NCBI GenBank assembly: GCA_000432855.1
Contig: HF990861.1
Coordinates: forward strand, 9,363 to 73,362
Reading direction: 5' to 3'
DNA from: Firmicutes bacterium CAG:822
GTDB taxonomy: Bacteria > Bacillota_I > Bacilli_A > RF39 > UBA660
Length of the DNA: 64,000 nt
Below are positions 19,764-30,457 of the stretch, piece by piece (positions within the stretch are counted from its first letter, which is position 1; each line of letters starts with the position of its first letter). Under the pieces are notes generated by a model that saw only the letters and a list, made by a program, of their open reading frames with translations, made no database searches and was not told where the DNA came from. The translations under genes were made by a program, and so were the position numbers.

Positions 19764-19979
19764 TTACTGCTTATCTTTTTTAATTAAAGATCCCATTCCT
19801 AAACCAACACATAAACCTATACTAATTCCAAAACATATACATATAGGAATATTATCAGTAAACACTCCTATAATTACCCCTAGTGATGTTCCGATGCACA
19901 TTCCTATTGACATTCCCTCTAACATATATGTTTTTGTTTCATCTTTAATTTCTTGCTTATTAACTTTTTTGTTTTTCAT
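19764..19979 (-). CDS. small glycine-zipper membrane protein, hypothetical
   Basis: Contains GMSIGMCIGTSLGVIIGV...GISIGLCVGLGMG. The start at 19979 follows an SD-like GTAGGGAA. Confidence 0.4.
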   Translation of the reverse strand: MKNKKVNKQEIKDETKTYMLEGMSIGMCIGTSLGVIIGVFTDNIPICICFGISIGLCVGLGMGSLIKKDKQ

Positions 19980-20001
19980 AAGATTCCCTACTTTCATGCC
20001 A

Positions 20002-20478
20002 TTATAATTCTATCAAACTATCTTCAAAATCTTTAACATAATACTTTATATTCTTTGTACCCTTTGAAATAATCGTATGTCCTTCTTCTTTAAGTAACCT
20101 TTTTTGAAGTTCTATTGCTTCAGGATATTTAACATTTAACTCACCATCAGATTTTAAAGTTCTCCAGTAAGGTGTAATATCATTATTTCTTTGATAACTC
20201 GCCCAAGCTACAATATTTATAAAAATTCCAGCAGTCATTGGATCAGTAAAATCTGCACTATTCTGTTTAGCAAGATAATCTCTTATCTGCCCTACTGTCA
20301 CCAACTTTCCTCTTGGAACTTTTTTCATTAATTCATCATAATAAAGTGGAGGAGCAAAAAATATTTTATTTCCCCCATATTTTTTAATAGTCTTTTCATC
20401 TTCTATAATTTGAATTTTAGGCATATCTTTGTTGTTTTTCATCATAGCATTAAAATCTTTTTTGTTTTCATTAGCCAT
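20002..20478 (-). CDS. MGMT-family DNA-binding-domain protein (alkyltransferase-like, no catalytic Cys)
   Basis: KVPRGKLVTVGQIRDYLAK...ITPYWRTLKSDGELN resembles the PCHRV region of O6-alkylguanine transferases, with PYWR replacing PCHR. Confidence 0.45.
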   Translation of the reverse strand: MANENKKDFNAMMKNNKDMPKIQIIEDEKTIKKYGGNKIFFAPPLYYDELMKKVPRGKLVTVGQIRDYLAKQNSADFTDPMTAGIFINIVAWASYQRNNDITPYWRTLKSDGELNVKYPEAIELQKRLLKEEGHTIISKGTKNIKYYVKDFEDSLIEL

Positions 20479-20703
20479 ATTATTCTAACTCCTTACTCAT
20501 ATAGTCTAATAACTTGATATTGATAATTATCATCATTACCAACATACCCAAGATCAATTTTTTTACCATCTTTAACCGTTTTTCCTGATGCAGCCGAATT
20601 TTTAGCTTCAGTCATTAACTTATTTACTTATTCAGCCATAATATCAGAATTATTCGCTTTCATTAAATATTCCATATACTCATTAACACTTGATTCAAAC
20701 CCA

Positions 20704-20919
20704 CTATTTCTTCTTTATTACTCCCAAAAACTTTATTCCATATTCAATAGCTAATAAAAATAAATAAAAACCAAACCATACAGAAAAATTTAAAAATGCT
20801 ACATCAAATGTGTTTTCAGCTCCTGTTCCATCAACCTTTCTCACAAAAATAAATACACTAACTCCCAAAAACACAATAAACTGAAAAATTTGAAATATTT
20901 TAAACCCACTCATCTTCAT
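20704..20919 (-). CDS. small two-TM membrane protein, hypothetical
   Basis: 71-aa hydrophobic ORF. Confidence 0.35.
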   Translation of the reverse strand: MKMSGFKIFQIFQFIVFLGVSVFIFVRKVDGTGAENTFDVAFLNFSVWFGFYLFLLAIEYGIKFLGVIKKK

Positions 20920-20978
20920 TTAAAAAGCTCCTTTCTTCATCATTATATCAAAAAAAGCAGACTTAAACATCCGCTTTA

Positions 20979-21326
20979 TTAATTATTATACTGTTCCTGT
21001 ACATTTTTAGGCATATCTTTAAACTCTATCTCTTCCCAAGCCTTAACACCCCTCGTTATCATCACATCAAGCTTTAAATAAGCATCATCTCTTAACTCTC
21101 TACTAGTTTTAAATGTAACTGTCTTAGATTTACCATTTTTATCATAAGCTTCCAAACTATATTCATATCTCATATCACCAGAATCTAATGTTTTAACCTT
21201 TTCATTATCTATCTGAGTATAATATACACTTTCTTGATAAAACAACAGCCAAAATACTAGAAAAAATACAGCAATCACCAAAACAATACCAACTAAAGTA
21301 AACATTTTACCTTTCACATTGTCCAT
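20979..21326 (-). CDS. YxeA family (DUF1093) protein
   Basis: 115 aa. N-terminal anchor followed by YYTQIDNEKVKTLDSGDMRYEYSLEAYDKNGKSKTVTFKTSRELRDDAYLKL. It occupies the position typical of YxeA, directly after a BceAB-type transporter. Confidence 0.65.
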   Translation of the reverse strand: MDNVKGKMFTLVGIVLVIAVFFLVFWLLFYQESVYYTQIDNEKVKTLDSGDMRYEYSLEAYDKNGKSKTVTFKTSRELRDDAYLKLDVMITRGVKAWEEIEFKDMPKNVQEQYNN

Positions 21327-21339
21327 ATTTTCACCTCCA

Positions 21340-23391
21340 CTATCTTTCTTTTATAATATTTTTGCTTGCAAAATAAGTTATTAAAAAATATCCGCCATAA
21401 ATAAACACAATAATTCCAGCTGTCATAATAATAGACTTCACAAGTTCTCCTTTACCAAATGTCTCTAAAATATATGTACAAAATTTAATACCAAAAATTG
21501 AATGAATAACTGCTAATACTAATGGAAATATAAAGAATATACCAATCTGTCTAAATAGTGCCCTATTAAGCATCTTCTCATCAGTACCAATCTTTCTAAG
21601 CATTCTAAACCTTTCTTTGTTATCCGTTGACTCTGATAACTCCTTTAAAGCTAAAATAGCCGCACTAGCAATCAAAAATACAATTCCTAAATATAAACCA
21701 ATAAATGTAATCATAGCCCCAAGACCAATACTACCTTCATATAAAGATAACTTAGTACTAGCTTCAATATCAGTATTTGAAGCATAAGCACTATTACCGG
21801 TCGCTACAATCATATCTTCGATTTCTTGTCTTTCTTCATCAGTATTTGCCTTATAATTAGCAACTAATAACTCGGACTCTCTAGGAACACCTTCCAAAAC
21901 CTCATCTGGAACAATAAATATTCCAGTATTAATATGATTACTTGCCATATAAATAAATCCATCCTTACACTCATCATACTTAGGTGTCAAAGTAAATCCA
22001 TTCAAATTAATTGGTGTTCCTTTTTCTAAACTTTGATTTCTAATATCAATCCAAGAATCAAAATCAGCAATAATCACATACTCATTACTATCCAAATGAA
22101 TTTGATCCAAACCATATAACTTAGCCACCTTATTATAATCACTAACCTTTATAAAAGACTCAGCCGCATCATAAGCTAAATATGGAAATTGTTTAGAAAC
22201 CTCCGCATAATAATCTCCTAAAGTATCCCTAACTAAAATGTCATTACTTGCATATATATCAAACTCTAAAACATCCTTAAAATACTTATCAGTATCAAAT
22301 CCAAGCCTATCTAAAGTTTCACTAACAGATATTTTAGAATCCTCTATAACCGCTTCAGAATAACCAGAATTAACTGGTAAATCCATCTTCTTATTAAGCT
22401 GTATATCGACAGGTGCCATCTGTTCCAAATTGCTTGTCATAGAATTTCTAATTGAAATAGCACTCGATAAAATACAAATTGTAAAAAATAACATCAAACA
22501 AATAATAGTCATCGAAAATACAGTTGTATTAATCTTACTACTAAACTGCCTTAAAATAAAACTATTTAACCCCTTATAATAAACATTCTTCATACTCATA
22601 AAAATTTTAAGTAATAATCCAGACAAAGACCAAAAAATAAAGAATGTAGACACTGCCCCAAGTGCGATTGGAATCAAAATTTTATCAGCCGTTTGCATAT
22701 CAGTAACTCCAGCCGTTACACAAAAATAAGCATAACCTAAAACGCAAACAGAAATAATAAATATAATCACACAAAGCCAAGGATTTTTCATCTTAATCTT
22801 CTCAGACTTTTTATTCGCATTAAGTAAATCAATTAATCTGCAGCGACTAACATTATATGTATTAAAAATCATAACTAAAACATACATAACACTAAAATAA
22901 ATCAAAGTCTTAATACATGCCGAAGTCGAAAAAACAAATTCAAACTCAGTCATCTTTGCTTCAAACATATTCGCCACAAGTAAACTCATCACCTGTGATA
23001 ACGCAGTTCCAAGCACTAAACCAATAACCAAAGAAATACATCCAACAATTAAAGTTTCAAAAAACAATATTAACGATACTTTTCTCTTACTCATTCCTAA
23101 AGTCAAATATATTCCAAACTCTTTATTCCTTCTTTTCATTAAAAATCTATTAGCATATATAATTAAGAACCCTAAAATAAAAGCCACAAACACACTTACC
23201 CCAGACAGCATACTATTCATCAAATCTATAATTTCATAAGTCGATGAAGATACATTCATCATTACCGTTTGGCTTTCAATCGCATTAAATATATAAAATA
23301 TTGCCACACCTAATATCAAAGTAAAAAAGTAGATGGCATAATCTTTTATACTTCTAGCAATATTCTTAATAGATAACTTAAAGAGCATCAT
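21340..23391 (-). CDS. BceB-type ABC transporter permease (FtsX domains, large extracellular loop)
   Basis: 683 aa with about 10 TM and a ~200-aa hydrophilic domain between TM7 and TM8. It overlaps the upstream ATPase gene. Confidence 0.8.
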   Translation of the reverse strand: MMLFKLSIKNIARSIKDYAIYFFTLILGVAIFYIFNAIESQTVMMNVSSSTYEIIDLMNSMLSGVSVFVAFILGFLIIYANRFLMKRRNKEFGIYLTLGMSKRKVSLILFFETLIVGCISLVIGLVLGTALSQVMSLLVANMFEAKMTEFEFVFSTSACIKTLIYFSVMYVLVMIFNTYNVSRCRLIDLLNANKKSEKIKMKNPWLCVIIFIISVCVLGYAYFCVTAGVTDMQTADKILIPIALGAVSTFFIFWSLSGLLLKIFMSMKNVYYKGLNSFILRQFSSKINTTVFSMTIICLMLFFTICILSSAISIRNSMTSNLEQMAPVDIQLNKKMDLPVNSGYSEAVIEDSKISVSETLDRLGFDTDKYFKDVLEFDIYASNDILVRDTLGDYYAEVSKQFPYLAYDAAESFIKVSDYNKVAKLYGLDQIHLDSNEYVIIADFDSWIDIRNQSLEKGTPINLNGFTLTPKYDECKDGFIYMASNHINTGIFIVPDEVLEGVPRESELLVANYKANTDEERQEIEDMIVATGNSAYASNTDIEASTKLSLYEGSIGLGAMITFIGLYLGIVFLIASAAILALKELSESTDNKERFRMLRKIGTDEKMLNRALFRQIGIFFIFPLVLAVIHSIFGIKFCTYILETFGKGELVKSIIMTAGIIVFIYGGYFLITYFASKNIIKER

Positions 23392-24145
23392 TCAAATCTC
23401 CACCTAAAAGCGTTACAACATCAATAATCTTATCAAAAAATTCTTTCCTTGAATCGTTACCTCTAACAAGTTCATTAAAAATTTTACCATCCTTGATAAA
23501 AATTACACGTGATGCATAACTAGCCGTAAAAGCATCATGAGTCACCATCAAAATTGTCGCTTCTAATTCTTTATTTAAATAAGCAAATCTTTCAAGCAAC
23601 ATTTTTGCCGACTTTGAATCCAAAGCCCCTGTTGGCTCATCAGCCAAAATAAGCTTAGGATCTGTAATAATCGCTCTAGCTGAAGCCACTCTTTGTTTTT
23701 GACCACCACTCATTTGATAAGGATACTTTTTTAAAACATCTTTAATATCAAGCTCCTTAGCCACCTTATTTACTCTTCTTGCAATCTCACTAGCAGAAAC
23801 ATTTTGAATAGATAAAGCAAGAGCAATATTTTCATAAGCTGTCAAAGTATCAAGTAAATTAAAATCTTGAAAAATAAAACCTAACTCTTCTCTTCTAAAT
23901 TTATTAAGATTATTACCCTTTAACTTAGTAATATCTTCTCCACCAATAAAAATATGACCTGATGTCACTCTATCAATAGTCGAAATACAGTTTAAAAGTG
24001 TTGTCTTACCAGAACCAGAAGCTCCCATAATAGCAACAAACTCTCCCTTAGATGCTTCAAAAGATATATTATCTATTGCCTTTGTAAGACTAGATCTACT
24101 ACCATAATATTTCTCCACATTGTAAATCTTTAAAATACTTTCCAT
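23378..24145 (-). CDS. BceA-type ABC transporter ATP-binding protein
   Basis: Walker A GASGSGKTT, signature MSGGQKQR, Walker B LILADEPT. Confidence 0.9.
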   Translation of the reverse strand: MESILKIYNVEKYYGSRSSLTKAIDNISFEASKGEFVAIMGASGSGKTTLLNCISTIDRVTSGHIFIGGEDITKLKGNNLNKFRREELGFIFQDFNLLDTLTAYENIALALSIQNVSASEIARRVNKVAKELDIKDVLKKYPYQMSGGQKQRVASARAIITDPKLILADEPTGALDSKSAKMLLERFAYLNKELEATILMVTHDAFTASYASRVIFIKDGKIFNELVRGNDSRKEFFDKIIDVVTLLGGDLNDAL

Positions 24146-24216
24146 AAAATATCTCCTTTCATGTCTACATTTTATGATAAAAAAAGGCTAATGTCGCCCT
24201 TTTAATATTACGGTAT

Positions 24217-24232
24217 ATTACTATTTTGTAAT
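24217..24232. promoter_or_regulatory. 16-bp inverted repeat ATTAC-N6-GTAAT, candidate response-regulator box upstream of the BceA-like gene
   Basis: ATTACTATTTTGTAAT lies 72 nt upstream of ATG 24145. A 15/16 identical copy in opposite orientation is at 25954-25969. Confidence 0.4.
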
Positions 24233-24236
24233 AATT

Positions 24237-25250
24237 TTAACGCACTTTATAAAAATCATCCTTAGAAAATGAAATTATAACCTCTGTATAATCATTTTGA
24301 ACTGATAAAACCTTAATTTTATGCCCTAATTTTTCGCATAACTTTTTAACTATATATAATCCCATACCAGTAGACTTTGAACTATTTCGCCCATTTTCTC
24401 CCGTAAAAGTTTTTTCAAACACTCGTCCAATATCTTTAGCTGGTATTCCAATACCATTATCAATAATGTGCAAATCCACCTGTTTTGGTAAATCATTAAC
24501 ACTAAGTTTAATAAATGAATCTTTGTCCTTCTTATATTTTATACTATTACTAATAATTTGATTGATAATAAATTCAAGCCACTTAGAATCAGTAAGAACC
24601 ACCTCATCTTTAGCTTGAGATATAAAATTAATATTATTATCAAGTAAATCATCTTTATTCTTCATAGCAACATTATTGATAATCTTTTTCAAACTAACTT
24701 CCTTAATTAAATAATCTTTCTCAGCATTCTCTGATCTAACATAATACAAAACTTGATCAACATAATCGTCAATTCTTTTTATTTGTTCCTCATACCTTTT
24801 ATCCACCTTATTTTTCTGATTATGATTCATTAGCATCAAACTCGCAATCGGAAGTTTTATCTCATGTATCCAAAGTTCAATATACTCTTTAAAATAAGTT
24901 AAACTCATCTCGTATTTTTTCACATTTTCATTCATTGATTTATTTATCTCATATAAAACCTCGTAAAGTACCTCTCCATCATAAAATGAAGGTTTACTTA
25001 GCATCTCTAAAACCAAATATTTTTTATCTAATTTTTCAGTATTACTAATTAAATTATTATAAAATCTTCTTCTCTTTAAATAACCTGTAAGTATCACTGC
25101 AAAACAAATAACCAAAAAAGTAATTGAAATCCCAAATACAAGCTGACTAGAAGCCTTAAAAGCAAAAAGCATCATCAAAGCTATAATATATCCAAAAATA
25201 ACTATTAAAATTTCTATAAATTTAGAAATAAAATATTTACTAAACTTCAT
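24237..25250 (-). CDS. BceS-like intramembrane-sensing histidine kinase
   Basis: 337 aa. Two N-terminal TM with almost no external loop, H-box IHEIKLPIASL, and N/G boxes in the C-terminal half. Confidence 0.8.
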   Translation of the reverse strand: MKFSKYFISKFIEILIVIFGYIIALMMLFAFKASSQLVFGISITFLVICFAVILTGYLKRRRFYNNLISNTEKLDKKYLVLEMLSKPSFYDGEVLYEVLYEINKSMNENVKKYEMSLTYFKEYIELWIHEIKLPIASLMLMNHNQKNKVDKRYEEQIKRIDDYVDQVLYYVRSENAEKDYLIKEVSLKKIINNVAMKNKDDLLDNNINFISQAKDEVVLTDSKWLEFIINQIISNSIKYKKDKDSFIKLSVNDLPKQVDLHIIDNGIGIPAKDIGRVFEKTFTGENGRNSSKSTGMGLYIVKKLCEKLGHKIKVLSVQNDYTEVIISFSKDDFYKVR

Positions 25251-25897
25251 AATAATTTATACCCCTGACCTTTTCTTGTCTCAATAGCCCCATGAATCCC
25301 AAAATCTTCTAATTTACTTCTAAGCCGGCTAACATTAACCGTCAGAGCATTCTCATTAACATACTCTTCATTATTCCAAAGTTCTGTCATAAGCTCATCA
25401 CGTGTTACAATATTTCCTCTATTATTAAGTAAACATAAAAATATCAACATTTCATTCTTAGTCAAATCTAATTCCTTATCATTCCTTACTAATATTCCCT
25501 TATTTTGATATACTTTAATATCATCATAATTTAAACTATTAACATTCTTTTCCATCCTTCTAAAAATATTAGCAATCCTCAAAAGCAAAATAGTCGGATT
25601 ATAAGGTTTCGTTATATAATCATCAGCCCCATAAGACATAGATAATACCTCATCAGTTTCTAGTGCTCTACTAGTTAGCATAATAATTGGTACATTAGAT
25701 ACCTTTCTAATTTCCTTCAAAAGAAATTCACCATTAACCTTCGGTAAATTTATATCCAATAATAGTAAATCAAAATTACTATTTAAAATATCCTCTAATG
25801 TATTATCATAATTAGTTAAAGTTATAACATTATAACCAGAAGTCTCTAAAAGATGAGTTAACTCTTCACTTATAATTTTATCATCTTCGACAATCAT
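25247..25897 (-). CDS. OmpR-family response regulator (BceR-like)
   Basis: Receiver domain MIVEDD...LLLDINLP plus a winged-helix C-terminus. ATG 25897 is preferred over the track's GTG 25921. Confidence 0.85.
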   Translation of the reverse strand: MIVEDDKIISEELTHLLETSGYNVITLTNYDNTLEDILNSNFDLLLLDINLPKVNGEFLLKEIRKVSNVPIIMLTSRALETDEVLSMSYGADDYITKPYNPTILLLRIANIFRRMEKNVNSLNYDDIKVYQNKGILVRNDKELDLTKNEMLIFLCLLNNRGNIVTRDELMTELWNNEEYVNENALTVNVSRLRSKLEDFGIHGAIETRKGQGYKLL

Positions 25898-25953
25898 AAC
25901 CGTTTTCACTTTTATCACCACTTTTATTATAGCATGTCTTTAAAAATTAATAT

Positions 25954-25969
25954 CTTACAAAATAGTAAT
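25954..25969. promoter_or_regulatory. second copy of the ATTAC-N6-GTAAT box, upstream of the BceR-like gene
   Basis: The plus strand reads CTTACAAAATAGTAAT, whose reverse complement is ATTACTATTTTGTAAG. It lies 57 nt upstream of ATG 25897, immediately after the stop of the preceding kinase gene. Confidence 0.4.
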
Positions 25970-25970
25970 A

Positions 25971-27188
25971 CTAATAATACCTAATCGTAAAAATAGTTCC
26001 TTTTCCCTTAACTGAATTAACACTAATTGAACCATTATTCATTTCAATTATTTTTTTTGCAAGCGCTAAACCTATTCCCACACTATCTTTCGAAGAATTT
26101 TTTCCCTTATAAAACCTCTCAAAAATATGAAGTAAATCTTTTTTATCAATACCCTCACCAGAATCTTTAATAATAATTTCTTTATATATCTTATTATCTA
26201 TAACCTCTATATTAATAAAAGAATTTTCACTAGAATGCTCAATACAATTTTTCAAAATATTAATAATAGCCTCCACCTGCCAATTCAAATCACAAACAAG
26301 CTTAACATTATCATGAAAAACCACCTTAATCTCCACATTCTTTATCTCAGCCATCATCTCAACATTAGAAATAGCTCTTTTTATAATATCTTTTACTAAA
26401 ACCTCTTTATTTTCAAACCTAACCACATTAGCATCAAACTTCGATAATTTTAATATTTCCGTAGCTAAATTACTAATATTTGTAACTTCTCTTTTAATAC
26501 TTTGAATAAATTTCGCCTTAGTATCTTCATCCATATTCGGATTATCTAAAATATTATCAAGCATAATATTAATTGAAGTTAACGGTGTTTTTAACTGATG
26601 AGATATATCAGATAAAGAATCCTTTAACCTTAACTTATCATCCTTAGAACTTTCAGCCATCTCCTTTAACATAACCGTCGTTTTGTATATTTCATTTTTT
26701 AAAATAGAAAGCTCATCTTCCGTATTATCTTCTATATTAATCGCATAATTTTTCTTATTAATCTCTTTGATACACTTTACAATTCTTTTAATTTCTTTAT
26801 CTTGATCATTCTCGTGCTTCAAATATAGTAAAATAATACTCAAAGATAAACCAATAAATAAAATATTATATATAATTATAAATCTACTAAATAATCGGTC
26901 ATTTTCCATAATTATAGATTCTTTTTGTACATCAATTCCATATCTACTAAAAATATCTTCAGAAACTTTATCATCACTATTTAAAATAGAAATAAGTTCA
27001 TTCCTATCTATATTAGGATATTCTTCCTCAACTAAACTGACGATTACTGCTATTTTACTATTATAATTTTGAATATAAGATTGATATTGATAAAAGAAAA
27101 ATATATTTCCGATAATTAAAAAAACAATAATTGGGATAAGCGACATTAATAAAAACTTTTTTAAATGAACCTTATTTTCTAGTATCAT
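25971..27188 (-). CDS. sensor histidine kinase (second two-component system)
   Basis: 405 aa. Two TM flank a ~70-aa external loop. HAMP-like linker, H-box SDISHQLKTPLTSI, and an HATPase C-terminus GIGLALAKKIIEMNNGSI. Confidence 0.85.
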   Translation of the reverse strand: MILENKVHLKKFLLMSLIPIIVFLIIGNIFFFYQYQSYIQNYNSKIAVIVSLVEEEYPNIDRNELISILNSDDKVSEDIFSRYGIDVQKESIIMENDRLFSRFIIIYNILFIGLSLSIILLYLKHENDQDKEIKRIVKCIKEINKKNYAINIEDNTEDELSILKNEIYKTTVMLKEMAESSKDDKLRLKDSLSDISHQLKTPLTSINIMLDNILDNPNMDEDTKAKFIQSIKREVTNISNLATEILKLSKFDANVVRFENKEVLVKDIIKRAISNVEMMAEIKNVEIKVVFHDNVKLVCDLNWQVEAIINILKNCIEHSSENSFINIEVIDNKIYKEIIIKDSGEGIDKKDLLHIFERFYKGKNSSKDSVGIGLALAKKIIEMNNGSISVNSVKGKGTIFTIRYY

Positions 27189-27834
27189 CTATTCTATATC
27201 CTATTCCTTTAATAGTAATAATTATATTAACCCCAATTTTTTCCCTAATTCTTTTCATATAAACTGTAACCGTATTATCATTAACATCATTGCTTGTCCA
27301 CTCCCATATCTTTTCAATTATATAATCTCTTCTTACAACCTTTCCCAAATTAGTAAAAAGTAAATGTAATATTTTAAGTTCAAGTCTAGTTAACGGAATA
27401 ACCTTTCCATCCTTACTTACTTCCATTTTATCAAAATCAAAACTAACATCATCTATACTAATAATCGCCTCATTTTTATGTTTCATAATATTCCTTTTTA
27501 TACGGGCTAGTAATTCCCTTGTAGAAAAAGGTTTTGTCATATAATCACTTGCGCCAAGTTCTAACCCCTTTACAACATCATCCTCACTATCTTTAGCCGT
27601 TAAAAATATACTAGGAATATTTTTTTCTTTAATATAATTTTGATATAAATCAAATCCATCTCCATCAGGCAAAGACACATCTATAATAGCAATATCTACT
27701 GACTTATTTTCTTTTAAAAACTCTATAGTATCTGCCACATTAGTGCAAATAAAAACTTCATAATCTTCTTGCTCTAAAGAATATTTTAAACCATCAATAA
27801 TATTTTGATTATCTTCTATTAACAAAACATACAT
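27172..27834 (-). CDS. OmpR-family response regulator
   Basis: 220 aa. Receiver domain (LLIEDN...IIDVSLPDGDG) plus a winged-helix output domain. Confidence 0.85.
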   Translation of the reverse strand: MYVLLIEDNQNIIDGLKYSLEQEDYEVFICTNVADTIEFLKENKSVDIAIIDVSLPDGDGFDLYQNYIKEKNIPSIFLTAKDSEDDVVKGLELGASDYMTKPFSTRELLARIKRNIMKHKNEAIISIDDVSFDFDKMEVSKDGKVIPLTRLELKILHLLFTNLGKVVRRDYIIEKIWEWTSNDVNDNTVTVYMKRIREKIGVNIIITIKGIGYRIDDTRK

Positions 27835-27884
27835 AAGCTTCTCCTCTCAATACTAGTATACCAAAAAAGGGAATAATTTTCCCT

Positions 27885-30455
27885 TTAAATATTATCCTTT
27901 CTGATTGTTTCAATAATATTTTGCTTATTAATTTTATTCATTGAATAACGCATAATAATATACACTAAAATAAATACTGCAAAAATAGAAATAATAGTTG
28001 CGGCAAGTGGGAAATGATAACCATAATCCATTTTATTAGCCGTTGCCAAATATATTAAATATGAACCAATAGTTCCTAAAACAATACCATAAATAAGTGC
28101 CTTTACAGAATAAAATATTGTTTCTAAATTAATCATTCGGTTAAATTCTTTTTTTGTCATTCCAACACTTTTAAGCATTGCAAACTCTTTTTGTCTAAGC
28201 TCTAAATTAGATGTTATTGTATTAAATATATTAGTTACCCCAATCAAAGTAATTACTGCAATAAATCCATATAAGAATATTGCCATAAGTAAATATAATG
28301 ATTTTTCCGCTTGTGCATTCTCTTCAATATTTACCGCACTTAATTCTGGTAACTCTTCATCTATATCTAAGGTAACTTGCGTAGGATTATCTGCTTGAAT
28401 TGTTAAAATATAAGGTCTAAAATCTAAATCATGATATTCTTCTTCCGATACAATTAAATATCCGCTAGAATCCCAAAAGTTTTCAAGTCCACTTGGTCTT
28501 ACATTTGTAACTTCTGAAACATCAATTTTGAGTGGACTACCATTATAAGTACCTTTGATTGTCTCATCCTTTTTATAATTATAAATACCGTTTTCCATTC
28601 GAACACCTTCAGCATTAATATATGAATAATTATTTACTAAAACCCCTTTATTTTTCACACTATTATAATCTAAACCTAATTTATCTACATACTCTTTAAA
28701 AGATTTTTCATCCATACCAATAATATTCATTTTACGTTTTTTATCACAATTCATATCAAAAGTATCTTTTCTCTCATCATAACAACCTTGCTCTCTTAAC
28801 CCCTCTTCTAAAATATTTTTTCCAAAGTCAGTTAATTTAGACAAATCATCTATCTCCAAATAACCCTCAGATGTAAGAGAACTTTGATATAGCATCGTAT
28901 AATCATCAGTACCTTCTACTTTTAAAGCATCTTCAAGTTTTGGTGAATCCTCAAAAGATGATGTTACCATAATATTATAATCAATATTATTATAATATGT
29001 ATTTGTTACTGAAAATGTATAATACATAAAAGTATTCATACTAATAAATACAAACACACTAAGTGCTAGAGAAATAACCGTTGTTCTATATTTCTTCTTA
29101 CTTCTTTTTAAATTCTTATAAGCTATTACTCCACCAATACCAAATATTTTTTTAATAATAGATGGACTTTTTAACTTTTTCTTATTAATCTTAATATCAT
29201 CATTACTTCTAATTAAATCTATTGGACTAACCTTACTTGCTTTCTTAGCTGCTCTAACACTAGAAAAATAAATTGTTACTACCCCAAGTATAACAGACAC
29301 TAATATAGGAAATAGTGAAATAATACATTTCATTTCCACATTTCTTGTAATAAAATTACCAATTACTGAATTTACAATAATAGTTAAAATAAATACTGCC
29401 AAATAACCCACAATAATTCCTATTGGAATACCAACCATACCAATCATTAATCCTTCAGTAATAACACTTCTTTTAATTTGTTTTTTTGTTGCTCCCGCAC
29501 TTGCAAGCATACCATAATTCTTTTTCTTTTCCATCACAGATATATCAAAAGAATTTTTAATACAAAATACACTCGTTCCCACAATGATTGTAAGCAAAAC
29601 TGTAATAAGCGAATAAATCATAGTAGTTGTACCAGAATCAAACTTTAGCGCTTGCCATCTGAGTAATGAAGCATTAATACTATATTTATCAGTTGCTGTT
29701 AGTGAATCATTTGTAAAAGTAGTTCCTAAAATTTCTGAAAATGTTTTTTCATAACTAGCTGGATTTTTTATACGTATATAAACACTTTGATTTTTATTAG
29801 AACTATTTTCTAAACCTAGTGTAAGGCATCCAATTCCAGGATCTCCATATGGATCTAATTCATAATCTCTATCCATAATACCTACAATAGTAAATGTTCT
29901 TTCTTTAGAATTACTTATTAACTCATCTTCATTATATGGATTTTCTTTAGTCATAGTGTATCCATCTAACGATTTTCTCACACCATAATTCAAAGAAATA
30001 GCCTTACCAATATCATATTTATCCTTATCAAGTAAATATAGCTCTTCACTTATCAAAATTTCATCACTATTCTTTGGATATTCTCCATCAAGCAAACCTA
30101 CTGTTAAATTAGTAAAACTTTTTTCATCATCATAAGAATATAAATGTATATACTGTCTATCTTCATTTTTATCTTCAAAATCAGAATAACCAATATCGCG
30201 CAAAACATCTATTTCTTCTATATCACGGTTATTCTCAAATACTTTTAAATCATCATTAGTCTGGTTAAAAAGCACAATATGATAATTACCTTTACTTTCT
30301 ATTTCTGTTTGTACTAATGCATCTTGTAAACTGATAAACATTCCTGCAACCGCACATATTAAAGCAACTGATAATATAATACCTATTAAAGTACCAATAC
30401 TTCTTTTTTTATTTAAAAGAAGATTTTTAAGCGATAATTTATTTAAAGCCTTCAT
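27885..30455 (-). CDS. large FtsX/MacB-type ABC transporter permease
   Basis: 856 aa with two FtsX-type TM bundles, each preceded by a large extracytoplasmic domain. Confidence 0.8.
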   Translation of the reverse strand: MKALNKLSLKNLLLNKKRSIGTLIGIILSVALICAVAGMFISLQDALVQTEIESKGNYHIVLFNQTNDDLKVFENNRDIEEIDVLRDIGYSDFEDKNEDRQYIHLYSYDDEKSFTNLTVGLLDGEYPKNSDEILISEELYLLDKDKYDIGKAISLNYGVRKSLDGYTMTKENPYNEDELISNSKERTFTIVGIMDRDYELDPYGDPGIGCLTLGLENSSNKNQSVYIRIKNPASYEKTFSEILGTTFTNDSLTATDKYSINASLLRWQALKFDSGTTTMIYSLITVLLTIIVGTSVFCIKNSFDISVMEKKKNYGMLASAGATKKQIKRSVITEGLMIGMVGIPIGIIVGYLAVFILTIIVNSVIGNFITRNVEMKCIISLFPILVSVILGVVTIYFSSVRAAKKASKVSPIDLIRSNDDIKINKKKLKSPSIIKKIFGIGGVIAYKNLKRSKKKYRTTVISLALSVFVFISMNTFMYYTFSVTNTYYNNIDYNIMVTSSFEDSPKLEDALKVEGTDDYTMLYQSSLTSEGYLEIDDLSKLTDFGKNILEEGLREQGCYDERKDTFDMNCDKKRKMNIIGMDEKSFKEYVDKLGLDYNSVKNKGVLVNNYSYINAEGVRMENGIYNYKKDETIKGTYNGSPLKIDVSEVTNVRPSGLENFWDSSGYLIVSEEEYHDLDFRPYILTIQADNPTQVTLDIDEELPELSAVNIEENAQAEKSLYLLMAIFLYGFIAVITLIGVTNIFNTITSNLELRQKEFAMLKSVGMTKKEFNRMINLETIFYSVKALIYGIVLGTIGSYLIYLATANKMDYGYHFPLAATIISIFAVFILVYIIMRYSMNKINKQNIIETIRKDNI

Positions 30456-30457
30456 CT

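Noticed and set aside
20479-20703. Possible small gene on the minus strand (MEYLMKANNSDIMAE * VNKLMTEAKNSAASGKTVKDGKKIDLGYVGNDDNYQYQVIRLYE*)
   Set aside because: It is interrupted by an in-frame TAA after 15 codons, has no SD and matches no recognised family. It could be a relic, but the evidence is too thin to call.
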